A DNA stretch of 59,640 nucleotides, from assembly GCA_016283195.1 (NCBI GenBank), contig JAEEML010000144.1, forward strand, positions 1-59,640, given 5' to 3'. Under the pieces are notes generated by a model. It did no database searches. It saw only the letters and a list, made by a program, of their open reading frames with translations, and was not told the origin of the DNA. This DNA is from Deltaproteobacteria bacterium. Lineage in GTDB: Bacteria > JAEEML01. The position numbers and the translations under genes are program-made. Positions 59,486-59,640 of this stretch are shown piece after piece; position 1 is the stretch's first letter, and the number at the start of each line of letters is the position of its first letter.

Positions 59486-59574
59486 TTTTTCAAAATTTTA
59501 CAGGGTACCCTGTATATTAGGTATTGAAAATACCTAAACCATTTTTCCGTGCCCATTGGCACAAGGAGCGCAGT
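59486..59574 (+). repeat. FISUMP leader repeat, copy 3
   Basis: Same 89-nt leader. Confidence 0.95.
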
Positions 59575-59640
59575 ATGAAGAAGTGTAAAGTTTTAGTCTC
59601 AGTAGTGTTAACTCTCGCCCTCACGGCCTGCGGCGGCGCC
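59575..59640 (+). CDS. Array member 3, 5' end only (runs off window)
   Basis: MKKCKVLVSVVLTLALTACGGA. Confidence 0.88.
   Translation, partial: MKKCKVLVSVVLTLALTACGGA

Noticed and set aside
1-59640. tRNA/rRNA genes, known riboswitches, alternative genetic code
   Set aside because: No recognisable signatures by eye, and conserved genes end normally at TAA, TAG or TGA; a covariance-model scan would be needed to exclude small RNAs

Overview
Compact bacterial chromosomal segment with Myxococcota/deltaproteobacterial-type genes (FHA-DUF4388, TPR-cNMP, GspE/PilB, CFI-box-CTERM protein plus MXAN_2562-like barrel, Cys-rich lipoproteins) and gut-anaerobe-type genes (FISUMP lipoproteins, SsnA, AAA_14 ATPase). 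The taxonomy is an inference. Housekeeping genes include rpmH-rnpA-yidD-yidC-khpB, a UvrD/Rep helicase, cmk, tsaD, rph-rdgB, alr, rpsP-khpA, truA, mltG-xer, pfkA, cca and uup. Three accessory surface or conflict systems stand out. (1) Two copies of a two-gene module encode a Cys-rich lipoprotein ending in a shared Gly-rich ...GSW tail plus a signal-peptide-bearing phage-tail-fibre-like protein with different repeat stalks. One copy has a poly(A)14 tract between its -35 and -10 boxes (candidate phase variation). (2) The other copy is followed by an AT-rich effector/lipoprotein-immunity-like cluster with orphan remnants. (3) A tandem array of collagen-EGF-FISUMP lipoprotein genes has near-identical 89-nt triple-palindrome leaders, conserved N-termini, variable C-termini and convergent cargo (AAA ATPase, VapBC). 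No tRNA, rRNA, CRISPR array, reverse transcriptase or intact transposase was recognised. All calls come from motif recognition by eye; no database searches were run.
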